Source: Eledone cirrhosa
Taxonomy: Eukaryota
NCBI GenBank assembly: GCA_964016885.1
Contig: OZ024742.1
Location: forward strand, 161,014,001 to 161,078,000
DNA length: 64,000 nt
Direction of reading: 5' to 3'
Shown here: piece after piece, positions 11,917-25,724 of the stretch
How the letters are laid out: every line of letters starts with the position of its first letter
How positions within the stretch are numbered: position 1 is the stretch's first letter
The notes under the pieces: generated by a model
Database searches by the model: none
What the model was told of the DNA's origin: nothing
What the model saw: the letters and a program-made list of their open reading frames with translations, nothing else
Program-made: the position numbers and the translations under genes

Positions 11917-11952
11917 CCTCAACGTTTCGGACGTTTGTCTGTCATCAGAATA
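11917..11952 (-). ncRNA. Second, degenerate minimal hammerhead about 212 nt from the first
   Basis: Minus strand CTGATGA-c-AGAC-aaac-GTCC-GAAA-CG-TT. Stem I is weak. Flanks resemble those of 11705-11740. Confidence 0.6.
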
Positions 11953-12357
11953 TAGAATGAAAGAGAGGACACATAGAAAGATAGACAAGCGCAAGAAAAA
12001 AAAGCGTAGAAAAAGTTTTGTATATACATATATATGAATATGTAATTGTCCCCCATTAGACAATAAATAGTGATGGGAATGACCAATTTACACACATATG
12101 TAGACAAACCTGTACATTTGCTACCACACACACACAAAAAAAAACATAACCCCAAGGAAACCTTTCCTTTCTTTCTTTCTGTCTTTAACCCCTTTTTTCT
12201 TTCCATCAAATCCTCCAGAAATCAATTATTTGACAAATTTTACCCCTTCCCTCCAAAAGGACTTCTGTCAATCATGTTTATACATACACTGGTATTTTAC
12301 TTCCTTTCTTTCTTGCCTCTATTTACAAACCCTAAACATAAATTTGATGGAACCCCA

Positions 12358-12420
<63 letters not shown>

Positions 12421-13229
12421 ACACACACACACGCCACAAGACAAAAGGAAAACTGCTTATCTCGCTATTTTCAGTTATTTTTACAAATCCTGAAAATAAT
12501 TTTGACCCAATAAAACCCCACCTAAATACACACACACATTACAGAATAAGGAAATGCCATCTAGTCCAATTTTCATGAATAGAAATGAGATTTTCTATTT
12601 AAAGATAATTTTCTAGTGGATCAATTGAACCCTGATCTGTTGAACCCCACTTCTCACCGTCGCCACCTACCTTCATATAAGAACAAATTTTTCCAAAAAA
12701 TTCACATATGTTCTAACAAAAACACTAATGATGAAGTTATATGATTTTTACATCTTAAAACTTTTTCAGCAAATAAACTTGCTCTCATACTTATAATGTA
12801 TCTCGAATGTAACTTCGGAAAAATTAACAAAATGATTTTCATAATGGCATCAAGGTCATTATAGCAAAATCCTGATGCGCGTAGCAAACATACCGTTAAA
12901 AAGAACACTGCAGTTTCAAAAGTACAGGGTTTTTAATATCAAAAAGAAAAAAAAAGAGGATAGAAGAGCAAGACCTAGAATAAAAGCCAATAAACCTGAT
13001 TATCATGTTGCCAATTTTGCCAATAAAAACACATGCACTATTTGACTTTCACTTCAGCTTTATTATTAATAGTTATTAAATGTTGGTTATTCCGTCAAAG
13101 CTCTTTCGACACACATTCTGTGACCTGCTCTATGATTATTTGTTCTTCTTTATATCTCCTCTTCTTTCTGATCTTATTCTGTTTGCTCCATCTTATCTTT
13201 CTGTCGAAATAACCAATAAACAGTATCTA

Positions 13230-13425
13230 ATAATAATTGCTTCTACTTTTGGCCCAAGACCTGCAATTATACCAGTGTATTACTGGTACTTTATTTTATC
13301 GATCCCCGTAAGGATGAAAGGCAAAGTTAACCACGGTGGGATTTGAACTCAGATCATAAAGGGCCGTAACTCTATGCTACAAAGGATGGCGTCCGACCCT
13401 CTACCGATACTGCCATACCACCGCC
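13230..13425 (-). mobile_element. MetaSINE-type SINE with TSD
   Basis: Same family. TATCTAATAATAAT at 13224-13237 and 13428-13441. Confidence 0.9.
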
Positions 13426-14060
13426 CTTATCTAATAATAATAAAGCTGAAATGAAAGTCTCATAGTGCGTGTATATATATAGTTACAGTATATAGTTATG
13501 GTAACAATTAGAAAGTAGAATACTCATAAGCTATTGGTGCCCTCCTAATCTGGTAAGATTGATTTGGTTCATTTTACAATCTAAACAGCTGTAAGTTAAC
13601 GTATGAAATCATTAATACACAGTGTTGACATTCTGAAGATGACATATTTTACAGTGTGTTCCATACAACATAGAAGGAGACACAGCTGGGTGGCGCGAAT
13701 AAGATAAACGTGTCTGTCAAATAGGTCTCTATAAAAGAGATAGAAGCTTTTAGAGTAATACTCTAAAATAAAGTGAATAAAGAGACAGTGCATAATGTGT
13801 TGATGAGCGAATCTTTTCTGATTAATCAGAGGGGTGTACTGCTGTCTATGTTGTTTGTCTGAAGCAGCACCATCGAACCAGATGCGTAAGCAGTGCTCTA
13901 ATGTAAGCAGTACTTTAATGTAAGCCGCCGCCCGTGAAGTTTGCAGAAGATCTGCAAGTTGGCCCTAAAATATCTGCTTTTTAAGAGATAATTTTACTGC
14001 TGATATATATATATTGAAAAATGTGTGAGATCCTTGGTACAGTTAGGTATATTTGAAAAA

Positions 14061-14235
14061 AAGGAAAAGAATGACTTCACTTGTAGTGTTAAATAATTTG
14101 ATTTAATTTTATAATATTATGAGTTGGTAGTCATAATATTATAATATTATAAAATTAAATCAAATTATTTAACACAAGTGAAGTCATCCTTTTCCATTTT
14201 TCAAATTTTTAGTCTTCAAATTTATTATTATTACT
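14061..14235. repeat. Fold-back element: arms ~14061-14123 / ~14140-14205 plus a tail ending TCTTCAAATTTATTATTATTA
   Basis: ATGACTTCACTTGT/ACAAGTGAAGTCAT pairing. A related arm occurs at ~29440-29500, and the same tail end at ~37437-37457 and (inverted) ~37711-37730. Confidence 0.75.
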
Positions 14236-14305
14236 ATATATATATATATATATATATATTATGAAGTGCTGTTGGCTTTTCGCTGCAGTGTTTTCTATAC
14301 CGTTC

Positions 14306-14355
<50 letters not shown>

Positions 14356-14880
14356 CAACCGGATACGTTTGGATAGTATATATAACTAATTAACTAAGGA
14401 AATTAACCTTTATTAATTACACCCAGTTATATTTAGGATTTAGTTTGATGAATACTTCTAGATAATTCAATAATTCAAAGATTCGAATTTACTCTATCGC
14501 ATAGCTATGCCCAAATGTATAGTTATGTATTGATATATATAATTCATCCCTCCCTATAATTTATTCCTCTTTGTATCTCTTTCCTTGATCAATTCTCTTT
14601 TGCTCTACTAGCTATATTTTCCCCTCATCTGTTTTCTCTCTGTCTTTCTTTTTTTCTTTCCTCTTTCTTCAATAATTATTTGAATCTCTAACAGTTATGT
14701 AAATTGCTGTTATGTATTTTTAAGCTTTCTTACACGCACCCTCTGTATTATATGTATTATATGTAAGTATTTTTATGTTTCAATCTTAAGGTATATAAAT
14801 ATTGAGTTTTATCTTATCTTACTCACTACCATGACTGGATCTTAACCATCTACTATGTCAGGGTATGTCATGCATCATCT

Positions 14881-14948
14881 TATTTTATCTGATGAGGACC
14901 TACTGTTGAAGTTAGCTCAGTACCTCTGAAATATGTATAATAAAATAT
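14881..14948 (+). ncRNA. Type I hammerhead ribozyme
   Basis: TATTTTAT-CTGATGA-[TACTG/CAGTA stem II]-GAAA-TATGTA-TA-ATAAAATA; perfect 8-bp stem I. Confidence 0.78.
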
Positions 14949-15045
14949 ACTTGATCACAAGTTCTATTTTTGTTAATATTTTGAATTAATATATATATAT
15001 ATATATATACATATATATATACATATATATATACATATATATATG

Positions 15046-15174
<129 letters not shown>

Positions 15175-15440
15175 GTGTGTGTGTGTATGCGTGTGTGTGT
15201 GTGTGCGCGTGTATTTGTGTGTGTGTATAAAAGGTATATATATATATATATAATGAATAAATAACAAAGGAGTTTTCAAACGGCAAATTATTTGAATCCC
15301 TTATAATTGTTTCTGCACATAAGATTCTGTGTCCTACTTTCTTTTATTTCCGTGCATTGGATGGGTTCTTATGCACTTGTACGGAAGGCATATATTTTAA
15401 TTAATGGCATATTTGGTATTATTAGATAAATTTGAAACAA

Positions 15441-15648
15441 TGAATTTGGCAGAATTGTTAGAGCATCAAATAAAATACTTTGTGACTTTCGTTCGGTATT
15501 TTACATTCTGAGTTCCGCCAATGTCAACTGTGCTTTTCATCTTTCCGTGTGGATAAAATAAAGTACCAGTTAAATACTAGGGACATTTTAAATCGACTTT
15601 CCCCTTGTCCTTCAAACTGTTCTACAAGTGCCTAAATCAGAAACAATA
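15441..15648 (+). mobile_element. Diverged MetaSINE-type SINE
   Basis: TTGGCAGAATTGTTAGAGC head, GCTTTTCATCTTTCCGTGTGGATAAAATAAAGTACCAG, tail AGAAACAAT. Confidence 0.75.
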
Positions 15649-15754
15649 CGTATTCAAACTTCTGGAAGGAGAACATCACATTTGTGGCCAACGACAATTC
15701 GGTAAATCAACATTGAACTAATTTGCATCCCTATATTTTCTAAGATATGTCCTT

Positions 15755-15881
<127 letters not shown>

Positions 15882-16027
15882 TTTTGAGTTTATGTTGGTT
15901 GTATACCAACACCTCAGTATGCAGGCTGGAGCACTCGACGAAGTGCGCAGGTTGGTTTGGTTACTCCGGAGTAGTGTAAAATAAAGTTAAATAAAAGTCA
16001 AATGATTAAAATTTAGCTTCGTTTATT

Positions 16028-16082
16028 ACTGCTATATATATTTCAGTGACAGCCATCTTTGGCTGTGACCTCTTCAAGCAGT
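16028..16082 (-). ncRNA. Type I hammerhead with a C3->U core change
   Basis: Minus strand ACTGC-TTGAAGA-g-gtcACAGCCA-aaga-TGGCTGTcac-t-GAAA-TATATA-TA-GCAGT. Confidence 0.65.
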
Positions 16083-16766
16083 TTGAATTAGTATGGTATA
16101 GGCAAGTACATATGTTGTTTAGGTGTATAATATTGTCAATACTCTGATATGCCCAGTTCCTTGTTGGGTTGTTAATTCACTGAGGAACTGGAGTCATATG
16201 AATTCAAACAAACGAATTTCAGTGTCAAAGGTCCCCTTCTCCTCTCATTGGTCAGTTATTAGAACATTCCTCATTCTAAGTATTGAAAATAAAGCGAAGT
16301 TTCACATTAAGGTCTAAATTTAAATGATATAATTAACAGCCTTTGGTCTTCTTTTCAACGTATATATAGCTGTTGAAACGGCGGAAGCTCAGCCGTTGGG
16401 GTCCTGAATTTGTTCATATATATATATATATATATACTCACAGCCTCTTCAAAATCGAATAATTAATTAATTGTAATTCTAAAACATTTCGTGTATCACT
16501 GAATGTTGATTGGGCTTTTCAAATACACCGATTCGTGTTATCTTCCTGGAAATACGACATCGAAAGACTCATAATACATATACACATATATATATATATA
16601 TTCATTTTATTAACGCTAAATTGTGAGTCTTGTTACTCTTGAGTTTCTCCTGTATATACAGACGAAACCTCAAGAGTAACAATTCTTACTATTAAAACTC
16701 TACTGCAGTACTGAGTACACTTTTCTCTCAGCCGTCAACCACATATGGATATATATATTTATATAT

Positions 16767-16814
<48 letters not shown>

Positions 16815-16959
16815 CATACATAAATACATACACGCATCCATACATGCATAGAAACACTCATACATATATATATATACATATATTCCTACATACATACATT
16901 CATACATACATACATACATACATTCATTCATACATACATACATACATATATACATACAT

Positions 16960-17010
16960 ACATGATGGCTGCCCCCTCGTTATCGAGTATGGCCATTGCA
17001 CGAGAAAAAA

Positions 17011-17070
<60 letters not shown>

Positions 17071-20000
17071 ATATATATTAATAACAATAATAATAAGAAT
17101 AACAACAATAATAATAACGACAACAACAATAATAATATACATATATATATATATATATATACACATACACACACACACACACACACGATACCAACTAACA
17201 GCGCTGCTATCGAATGTGGCTTTTTAGCCCAGCCAATGATCTAAAATGTCTTGCACAGAGTCGGCAACCAAAACATTCACTGGGAATAGTCGGCTGTGGT
17301 TGGAGTTCGTGTACTTCTGCATGTCGTTTGAGCCCTCCTGCTGATTTACATTCTCTACCACATGCTTGGCAAGCATGATGAGTAGCATCTCCAACAGCAT
17401 CCTGGTAGTCAACCACTGGTCTTACTTTATGACTGCGAAGATGACTTTCGAGTCCAGCTTTGCTTAGGCAGAGTCTCGCACAGACGCTGCAGGTCAGCAC
17501 CATAGGAGGACCCTCTCCATCTGGAAGTGCAACAGCAATGCCCTTCCTCACATCCCGCTTTACTTTCTCGTATGCGATTCGAGATGCCTCAAAGGCAACT
17601 TTTCCCTCATATACAGTCTTTCTCCATTTATTACGATCAGCAGCAATATTTTCCTATGTATCAGGAGAGATGTTAGCGTCTTTCAAAGAGGCTTTCAAGG
17701 AATCCTTATACCTCTTTTTTGGTTTATGTGGCGGTCGTTTTCCTTTAACTAACTGTCCATAAAAGAGTTGTTTTGGTATTCTAGAATCCTTCATCCTGGC
17801 AAGGTGACCACTCCAACGGAGTCGTTGCTTAAGCACAAGAGCTTCTATACTGTCACACATAGAACTTTCCAAAATCTTGATATCACTGATGTGGTCCCTC
17901 CAGTGAACGCCATGGATCCGTCTGAGACACATCTGATGGAAACGCTCCAATTGCTTAAGGTGGTGTCGATATGTGACCCAGGTCTCGCAGGCATAAAGAA
18001 GACAAGAGAGCACACATGCCTTGTACACCTTTACCTTTGTCTTCTTGCATATGTCTCGCCGACCCCAGAGTCGCCTTTCTAGCTTTCCGAAAGCATCACT
18101 TGCTTTCCTAATCCTTGGTGCGATTTCACTATCAAGGTTACTGTATCGATTGACAGTGCTTCCCAGGTAGACAAACTGATCAAACACTCCAAGTTGTTTA
18201 CCATACACATAGATATTTGGTTCAGTGTACTGCTTACCAGGGGCAGGTTGGTACATGACGACGGTTTTCTTGAGACTGACAGTCAATCCTAGGGCAGTGC
18301 AAGCGTCAGAAAATGCATTCAAAATGTGCTGCATATCACTCTCTGTGTGCGCTACAAGATCGCAATCATCTGCATACAAGAGGTCTCTTATGACTGATGT
18401 AAATACTTTTGTCTTCGCAGCAAAGCGCCTGATGTTAAATATGCTGCCTGAGGTTCGATATCGGATGTAAACACCATGCTCGCAATTCCTGAATGCAATA
18501 CAGAAAACCATTGCAAAGTATATGGCAAACAGAGTCGGTGCTGGAATATCCCCCTGTTTCACTCCATTTTTTACTGAGATGGGCTCCGACATGTTACCTC
18601 CGACATTAACCCAAGCCTTCATGTCGTCATGGAAAGACCTAACTAAAGCAAGGAACTTATCAGGGCAACCAAGTTTCTGGAGAACCTACCATAATGCATT
18701 TCTGTTAACAGTATCGAAAGCTTTTGTCAGATCGACAAAAACCTGATACAGATCCAAACCTTGTTCCATGCACTTCTCCTGGAGCTGTCTAGCTGAGAAG
18801 ATCATATCAGTAGTGCCGCGTTCAACACGAAAACCAGATTGACTTTCAGGAAGAACACAATCTGCAATATGTGTCAGCAGACAGTCCAGAAGCACCCTAC
18901 ATAAAACTTTCCCTACGACAGAAAGCAATGATATACCTCTATAGTTCCCACAATCATTCCTGTTACCCTTTCCCTTGTACAAGACCACCATTACTGCATC
19001 TCTCCAGTCCTCAGGTACGGATTCATTAGCCCATATCCTGCCAAACAAAGAGTGAAGATGTTGCAGGAGTCTCTCACCACCATATTGTAGGCGCTCAGCA
19101 TGTATGCCATCCATACCTGGAGACCTTCCACTGTTCAGTTTCGAGATAGCCACTGCAACCTCCACAAGCGTCGGAGGTTCTGCGAGAGCTACTTTCACAG
19201 GACTTTCTGGAATGAGATTAAGAAAATCTTCATTGACGACAGACGGCTGATTCAAAAGATCATCAAAGTGCTCTCGCCACCTTCGTAGAATTCCTTGTGA
19301 GTCACGAAGAAGTTCTTTGCCATCCTTGCTGCGAAGCGGTGTCACCAGAGAAGAAGACGGTCCATAAACCTCACGCAAGAGACTGTACAACAGCTTTGTG
19401 TTATTGGAATCTGACGCAGTTTGTATCTCACCAGTCTTCTCACTCCACCACTGATCCTTCATCTAAGGAAGACTCCGCCTAACACGTGATTTTACATCCT
19501 TGAGTTCTTCATGCAACATATTCCTCTCCTGTGGTTTTGCCGTCAAGTAGCGTGACAGAGCACGCCTCTTTCTTCTATATGTACATCATTCTCATTAAAC
19601 CAGTCCTGATGTTTTCTCTGCACCAATCCCAGAACACGCCTGCCTACATCATAAACCGACTTTTCAAGGGTCGGCCAATCCTCACCAAGATCTGCAACCT
19701 GCATCTCTTCTTCCAATGTCCTCTTCACATTTTTATCCTTAAGACGAGCAGCATTCAATCTTTTGGGCAGGGCAACACCAGGAGCCTGGATTTTACGTTT
19801 AGTGATTAGTTTCACTTTTGCGCGTACCAGGCGGTGGTCTGTCCAGCACTCAGCTCCACGAAGAGCACGAACACACTGCACATCCTGTCTGTCACGCATC
19901 CTGACTAGGATGTAGTCCAAAAGATGCCATTCCTTAGATGCAGGATGTATCCATGTGGTCTTGAATTTGTTCTTTTGTTGGAGCATGGTGTTGGTAACAC

Positions 20001-20650
20001 ACAGATCCAGCTCCTCACACATATGCAGCAGGAGCATACCATTGTTGTTACACTTTCCCACCCCATGCCCTCCGATTACATTCCATGTGTTAAAATCCCT
20101 ACCCACTCTAGCATTAAAGTCACCAAGCACGATGACTTTGTCTGCCTGAGGGATATTTCTTAAAACACCTTTCAATGCATGGTAAAAGGACACTTTTTCT
20201 TCATCGACAGAATTCATAGTTGGAGCATACACACTCACCAGGGTCGCATATCTTCCTTTGTCCAGCGGAATTCTCATGGACATAAGACGCTCACTAATCC
20301 CTACTGGGAATTCTTCTAATTTATTCACAAGAACAGTCTTAACAGTAAATCCTACCCCAGCCTCTCTTCTGGTTCCTTCATCTCTTCCTTTCCAGAAGAA
20401 TGTATATTCTCCACAAAATTCTGTAAGATGACCATCTCCAGCTAACCTCGTCTTAGATAAAGCTACGATGTCAAGATCGTAACGTCGAAGCTCCTTTGCA
20501 ACAAGAGCGGTCCTTCGTTCAGGACGCTCCAAGGAATCCCTGTCAAGCAGCGTCCGTACGTTCCAGCAGCCAAGACTAAATCCCTTGTTTGGCTCTATTA
20601 CAATGGCACGATGACGAGCGGGCCCAGGCTGTGATAACCTGGGGCCCCTG
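16960..20650 (-). mobile_element. RTE-clade (BovB-like) LINE, near full length but disrupted; three C-terminal C2H2 fingers; (ATGT)n tail
   Basis: CWNVRTLLDR..PERRTALVAKEL, VYAPT, GDFNARVG, TDHRLV (ORF 19543-20973); YRGISLLS, DLTKAFD (18686-19462); GVKQGD, LYADD, LRWSGH (17654-18622); zinc fingers in 17207-17551; 3' hairpin at 16962-17004. Confidence 0.92.
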
Positions 20651-20788
20651 CCCTTATTGCCAATGATCTTTTTTGTTCCAGAACCTAAATTACCAATTAT
20701 CTCTTTTATATTGTTCTGGAACATCATTGAATTGGGGGGAAAAAAAAAAGTAATAATAATAGTAGCAATAATAATAATAATAATAATG

Positions 20789-23700
20789 ATTTCATTTATT
20801 GGCCACAAGGGCCGACATATAGGGGACAATACAAAAGACTGGGACAGTGGGGTTTTACAGAAAATTCGAGTAAACAATATGAATAACAATAACAAAGTAA
20901 CAATAACAAAGTAACAATAAAGTAACAAGAAAATTACAACAAGAACAAATTCCCCAATAGGGGGGATGACCACCTAGGGTTCGCTCAGGTACCCCACCAG
21001 TCCTGAACGACCCGTCGCTTCGAGAGCACCCTGGAAGGGCACCCCCTCTCCTCCTCAAATTTACCTACCTACAGCCGCATGACCAGCCATTCTCGCCACA
21101 TTCACCCACCTTTCAGCAAATGTACTGGGGGGCAGCACTTCTCTCTCCATCCTCACCTTCCTTTCAGTGAGTGCCTGGCAACATTCCAGATGCCAGTCAC
21201 CCAGTCTCGGTCTCTTCTTGACCCAGGACTGCAGCTCAGTCAAAGAAACGAGCTGCGGAAAGGCCCGTCTGACAAACGGCGACCACACCTGTTCACCGTT
21301 TAGGCAGAATATCTGGAGATGCCGCAGCCTCAGCGCGTGCCTGCGCATCATTAGCCACGGCATGCCCAGCCCTCCACGAAGAGGGTGCTGGCAAAAGATG
21401 GACCGCCTCACCAGCGGAACCTGACCCCTCCACAAGAATTTGAAGAGGAGCCGCTCGAATATGGCGAGGCGCGAACGGGGCAAGGGACGACGGTCAGACA
21501 GTAATAGTTGACGGACGCGATGTACGCGTTCGCCACCTCCGCCCAACCTTTCAGTGATAGCTTCATCCCAGCCCATTTCTGGGTGAGACTGGCTACCCTG
21601 CCCGTCACCTCGTCCCAATTCTTATCCACCTGGAGGTCTGGCCCGAACCAAACCCCTAGCAACTTTACCGGTCCGTCCGTCCAGCGCCTAACGACGCTGT
21701 TGGACGGTATGGACTTGCCTCTCCAGGTGCCGAGTTGCAAGCCCATCGACTTTTCCGGGTTAAGTTTTGCTCCCGTCAACCTTTCATATTCCTCCAATAA
21801 GTTGCCGACCACCTCGATTTCTGAGGTGTCCGACACCATCACGGTGATGTCGTCCGCATAAACCGACACAGCCTTTCCGGTCCCGGTTCGAGCGGGATGC
21901 CCTGCAACAGCTCCAGCTTCCGCAGTAAAGGCTCGAGAGTAAATACGTACAGAAGGGAGGAGAGAGGGCACCCTTGACGGACCGATCGGGAGACCTGAAA
22001 CGGTTCCGAGAGGTGACCATTAATTTTGACCATCGAGCAGGTGCCGCTGTGCATTGTAGCGATCCAGCTTCTGAAGACGGGGCCGAAGCCAGCCGCCTTG
22101 AGGACAGCCTCCAGGTTCCGATGGTCGACCAAATCCCCGACAACAAGGGCCAACCTCTTCGTTAACACCCTGGCCAAAATCTTAAACTCCGTGTTGAGCA
22201 GAGTTATGGGCCTGAAATTGTCTAATGTGTCCCTCTTGTTCTCGTCTTTCTTTATCAGCGTCACTAAGCCCCGGCTCACAGAACTGGAAATACTCCGTTT
22301 TGCTGCCAATTGCAGTAGAGGGCTTCGAGGAGATTGGAGAACAAGTCTGGCATATTTACGTAAAGCTCGTAGGGCAGACAATCCAAACCGGGTGACTTGC
22401 GCCTCATGCAGCCGACAAGGGCATCCTGAATCTCGGCTGAAGTAATTGGCCTTTCGCAGCGCCCAGCGTCAACCGTCGAGAGTTGCGGCAAGCCATTGAG
22501 GTAGGGACTGAAGTCCGCCACCATCTCTGACCCGCCACTTCTCCCGAACAACCGAGCAAAATGTTGGCGAAAGGCCTCACACATCCTCTTGGAATCGCTC
22601 AGCTCGTGCCCGTCTTGGTCCGTCAAAGACCAAATTGTGGTTTCATTACCACGTTGCGCCTCTGCCACACGGGCCCATCGAACAGCTTTGGTTCACTCGT
22701 TTCTCAGAGCACGCGCCTTAGCTCTGACAATGCAACCTTCGTGTTTCGCATTGAAAAAATGGTCTAATGCCATTCTCGCCGCTAGCACGTCAGTTGCAAT
22801 GCCTCGTCTAACTTATCTACCAACTCCCCCTCCTTTCTATTTTTCTCTAACGCTACTTCTTTGCTAAACTCTATTGACATTACTCTAATCTCTCTTTTGA
22901 GAGCCCCCCACCATCTATTGTTGACGACTCCCCCTGTCAACTTTTTCTTAACTAAATCGTTGACCTGGTCCCTGTAAGCCTTACGTGCCGGAAATGACAT
23001 GTTTAGCTTCCAGTAACCAGGTCCTAACCTACGCGTCTTATCTAGGTCGACCATACAGATCACAAACTTGTGATCTGAATAGGCGACAGCTTACACTATT
23101 TCTGTCTATTTTCCTAATGAATATCCTGTCTATATACGATCTAGATGACCCTATGCGGTTAGCCCAGGTCCACACTGGCGCATTAGGGAAATCTAGTCGG
23201 TACCTGTCAGACAGTTGGAACTGGCTAATCATGTTCTTGAGGCTTTTGCACCCTCGCTCCTAACGGATACTCCCACACAGTCCCAGCGTGCGTCTACGAT
23301 GCCGTTCCAGTCCCCCGCTAACAGTAAAGGGCGAGACGTACCCAGAAAGGCTTCCAGGCGTCTAAAGAAGTCCGGCCGTCCTGCCCCAGTAGGAGCATAG
23401 ACCTGAGGTCGTTGAGCAGGTGACCCTGCTTCCAGGACGATCCCAGGCCTCGAATGTCTAAACATTCGATTAAACATCCTACTCTTAATACGGCCATGTT
23501 AGCAGGTTAAAAAGAGAGAGAGGAAAGTTTACTTCTTGCCTTCCGGGCTCTTGTGAAGGTCGAGTTGTTCGACCTCCATAGTTGGTGGGTTTCTTTTGGG
23601 AACCCCTTTAAAAGTCTTGAAGTGGGTTTTACGTTCGGGGTTCCCATGTCCCGAGGAAAGCTGTCTCGTATTTCTTTGAATATATCGAGCGACATTCGCA

Positions 23701-25723
23701 CCAGAACCAAATCTTCCGGCACGTGAAATGTGATCGATTTAAAAATTTCCCCCTCTTTTTGTATATTTTCACTTCGTGCTACGAGGGCCATCAGTTCCTT
23801 GTTGGCCCTCCTGACGAGCACAAAGTTTTGTATGTTTTGTTGGTGTGATTTTATTTGTTTGCGTGGCTGTGGTGGTGATGGTTTTGGTGGTGTTGTTTCG
23901 GTTGTATCTGTGTTTGTTGTGAGTGCGGTGTCTGTGGTTTCAGATGTTTGTGTGTATATTTGTTCTTGCGTCTGTTTCGGTTGTTTGCGTTTGGGGGATT
24001 CTGGTGATGGTGATGGTGATGTTGATGTTGGTGTTATTGGAGAGATGTTTGCGTGGGTGGTGTCTGCGTTTTTTATTGTGGATGATTTTGTGCTTTGTTG
24101 AGTTTTTTTTTCTTTTTGTGTTTCCTTTTTTGTATTTTGGGGGATTTTGGTTTTCCCTCATCTTCACTACTGGTAGATGAGGGGTCTGTGTCTGTAAGTG
24201 TGCCTGTATGTGTTTATGGTTTTATTGGTGTGTGCATTTTTGGGGGAAGGGGGAATTTGACAGCTTTCCTCGTTTCCCCCCTGGGTGGTCAATGTTGGTG
24301 GTGGTCTTTCTGTTGGTGTTGTTGGTGGTTTTGCCGGTGCTGGTGTTATTTGTGGTCCTCCCCCCCCCCCCCCCCCGGCGTCGGCAGCAGTGGAGCCTTT
24401 CGACCCCTTGCCTCTTTCAGCAGTTGAGGGCAGAAGGCTCGCAAATGGGTTTTTTCCCCACAAACAAAACATTGCTCTCTTTTGCCTTCTGTCATAATGT
24501 GAATGACCGTCCCATTCTGAAGGCGGGTGTGGTCCGGGATTGTCTTCACATTCTCGGACCTGATCTGGAGAAGGATCTCCAGTTCAACCCCGGACCAGTC
24601 CTCTCTGGCTGTTCTGGTCACTTCTATAGGGACGGCATCCGTCCCCTCCACAATCACACATACCAGAAGCCACCACATGTCAAGTCCTGGTGGGATTCTG
24701 GGAATTCGGAGACGGGCCATTCTTTTTCCCATGTGGGAGGGGTATATTATGACCTTGCTGGTTTTCCAAGGAGTCATAGCGTGTTTCATAGCGAGGGCTT
24801 CTGACTTGAACAACACCGAAATGGTGCCGTACTGTCTTCCCCTCTCTATGTATTCGGTGTCTTCTCTGATGCACCTCAGCGCGACTTCGACATCTTCTTG
24901 TGGGATTAAAGCTGCCATTTTGGTTTGTGCTGAGATGCACACTTCTGCGCTCCACTGCTTCAATAGCTTCTACCGGGACTGTTAAGTTGGCCCAGGTTTG
25001 CTCTTGCTTGATGAGCTTCCATGCCTGGGCCAACTTTTCATCTTTATTTGAGAGGTCCATGTTGAAGCATGGCCTCTTTTTTGCTGCTGCCGCAGCGAAA
25101 GTGTTCTTCTTGTTTTCGTTGGGGGTGTTGTGGTCGTTGTCGTTGTTCTTGTTGGTGTTGTTGTTAGCACTGTCGCTGTTATCATTGTTGTCTTTGTTGC
25201 CACCGTTGTTCTCGGTGCAGTTGGTATTGTTGCTGTTGGTGTTGTCGCTATTTGTTTTCATGTTAGTGGTGTTGATATTGTTGTTGTATTTGTTATTTTT
25301 TTTTTTTTTGTTATCTGTATTTTCGTTGTCGCTGTTCCTGTCATTTTTTTTCGAAATTAGAGTTCTCATTGGTATCCTTGGTGTCTTTGTTTACATTGTT
25401 TGTAGTGGTGTTTGTGTTATCAATTTGTGTTAATTTCGCTGTAACGCTCCTCTCAACTTCCACGTCGTTGTCGCACGACAGCAGACATATCGCTGGGGGG
25501 GGGGGGGGGGGCTCAGCCATGTTTTTTTTCTCCGTAAATGTTTTAACATGTAAAAAAAATTCAAATATTTGGGCCAAAAGCCCAAATATTATACTTTCCC
25601 CTTCACAGGGCAAAGTCTAAGGGCTTATATCCCTTACACAACAAGAAATATTTAACAACAAATAATTTTAACAGGCAAATAAAGCGACTTACTGGGAGCG
25701 AGCAAAATACGTCCGCTTAGACC
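20789..25723 (-). mobile_element. Tx1-clade retrotransposon copy C; both ends present, several internal deletions and frameshifts
   Basis: ORF1 fragments (QYGTISVLF, CFVCGEKTHLRAFC) and ORF2 fragments homologous to copy B. Begins ATTATT|GGTCTAAG and ends AATAAATGAAATC-(ATT)n. Confidence 0.93.
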
Positions 25724-25724
25724 A

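Noticed and set aside
15296-15390. Additional hammerhead candidates here and at ~11385-11460
   Set aside because: A stem II-like helix and GAAA are present but the CUGANGA core is too degenerate to call.
19543-20973. 476-aa ORF with a hydrophobic N-terminus (membrane-anchored endonuclease)
   Set aside because: The N-terminus is chance read-through from the Tx1 3'UTR and (ATT)n into the RTE endonuclease frame.
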